Source: Candidatus Saccharimonadota bacterium (GTDB lineage: Bacteria; Patescibacteriota; Saccharimonadia; Saccharimonadales; Saccharimonadaceae). From it: a stretch of DNA of 32,000 nucleotides. The position numbers and the translations under genes were made by a program. Positions 31,536-32,000 of this stretch are shown in pieces. The stretch spans positions 90,001 through 122,000 of the forward strand of contig CP060232.1 in assembly GCA_023898645.1 (NCBI GenBank). Direction: 5' to 3'. Numbering within the stretch: the first letter of the stretch is position 1; each line of letters begins with the position of its first letter. The notes beneath the pieces were generated by a model. It did no database searches, was not told the DNA's origin, and was given only the letters and a program-made list of their open reading frames with translations.

Positions 31536-32000
31536 ATGGTGAAGAAGCGAAATTTTAAAAGATCTGTAGCTAATGTATGGTCGCGCGTTAGGTCGCGTTG
31601 GCCAGCTTTATCGTACAGTGCTTTACCACTTATAGTGCTGGCTGGTTTTTCAATTACAGGCGTGGTGGGGTACGTTTATGTCTCCGCTAACTTAAATCAA
31701 TCACGCACACTTTCAACTCGTCAGCAGTTTAAAGATAATTTCCAACGCATTTCGATAGAACTCGACGCATACGCAAATTTGCTTAGAGGTGGTGCGGCCG
31801 AGATGCAGGGGGGAAGTGGCACTGAAGGTGCGTGGAGTGATTTCATCGCAGTTTACAAACTAAGAAAGAATTTTCCGGCTCTCGAAGCAATTGCCGTATC
31901 TAAAGGGACGGCGCTTCAGGAAACGACGTATGCGTATATAACGCCGCTGACGGTGTATACAAAACAGTTAATCGGTGTGAATCCTGCTCAAAATCCTACC
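31536..32000 (+). CDS. Membrane sensor protein, N-terminal part (3' end outside the window); CHASE-like extracytoplasmic domain
   Basis: My translation: MVKKRNFKRSVANVWSRVRSRWPALSYSALPLIVLAGFSITGVVGYVYVSANLNQSRTLSTRQQFKDNFQRISIELDAYANLLRGGAAEM...WSDFIAVYKLRKNFPALEAIAVSKG.... It is open to the window edge. A basic N-terminus, one TM, then a segment with a CHASE-type start. It is not in the ORF track because it lacks a stop. Confidence 0.6.
   Translation, partial: MVKKRNFKRSVANVWSRVRSRWPALSYSALPLIVLAGFSITGVVGYVYVSANLNQSRTLSTRQQFKDNFQRISIELDAYANLLRGGAAEMQGGSGTEGAWSDFIAVYKLRKNFPALEAIAVSKGTALQETTYAYITPLTVYTKQLIGVNPAQNPT

Overview
Gene-dense bacterial segment using the standard code (TGA ends several well-conserved genes). 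No rRNA, tRNA, CRISPR array or transposase was seen. By eye it resembles a small-genome CPR/Patescibacteria (Saccharibacteria-like) organism; this is inference only, based on giant Ig/Kelch/FN3 surface proteins, very tight gene packing and mid-range GC.

Layout:
(1) 1-16894, + strand: ten genes with almost no intergenic space. They are the 3' part of a giant Ig-like surface protein, a 2420-aa Kelch/FN3 surface protein, a MacB/FtsX-type ABC ATPase and permease, then ATP synthase b, delta, alpha, gamma, beta and epsilon. No a or c subunit gene is present.
(2) 16972-19279: YdeI-like protein, an SDR (minus strand) and a patatin-like lipase.
(3) 19396-22532: a DUF4868/KwaB-like gene, then an SD-driven 8-codon mini-ORF, a LuxI/FeeM-type GNAT-fold gene and an E1/ThiF-like adenylyltransferase, closed by a clean terminator.
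(4) 22609-32000: PAS protein, MMPL transporter, divergent zupT/zur pair with a shared palindrome, membrane protein, CorA, an HTH-4xPAS histidine kinase and the start of a CHASE-like sensor.

Most interesting:
- The giant Ig-like protein ends in a two-helix hairpin that looks like an ATP synthase c subunit lacking its ion-binding carboxylate. It sits in the same gene string as a divergent F1/stator set: degenerate alpha P-loop, short alpha N-terminus, epsilon without its C-terminal domain.
- The mini-ORF (MRRVEYEN) / GNAT-like / E1-like cluster could encode a modified-peptide or acyl-amino-acid pathway.

All functional calls come from motif recognition by eye. No searches were run.
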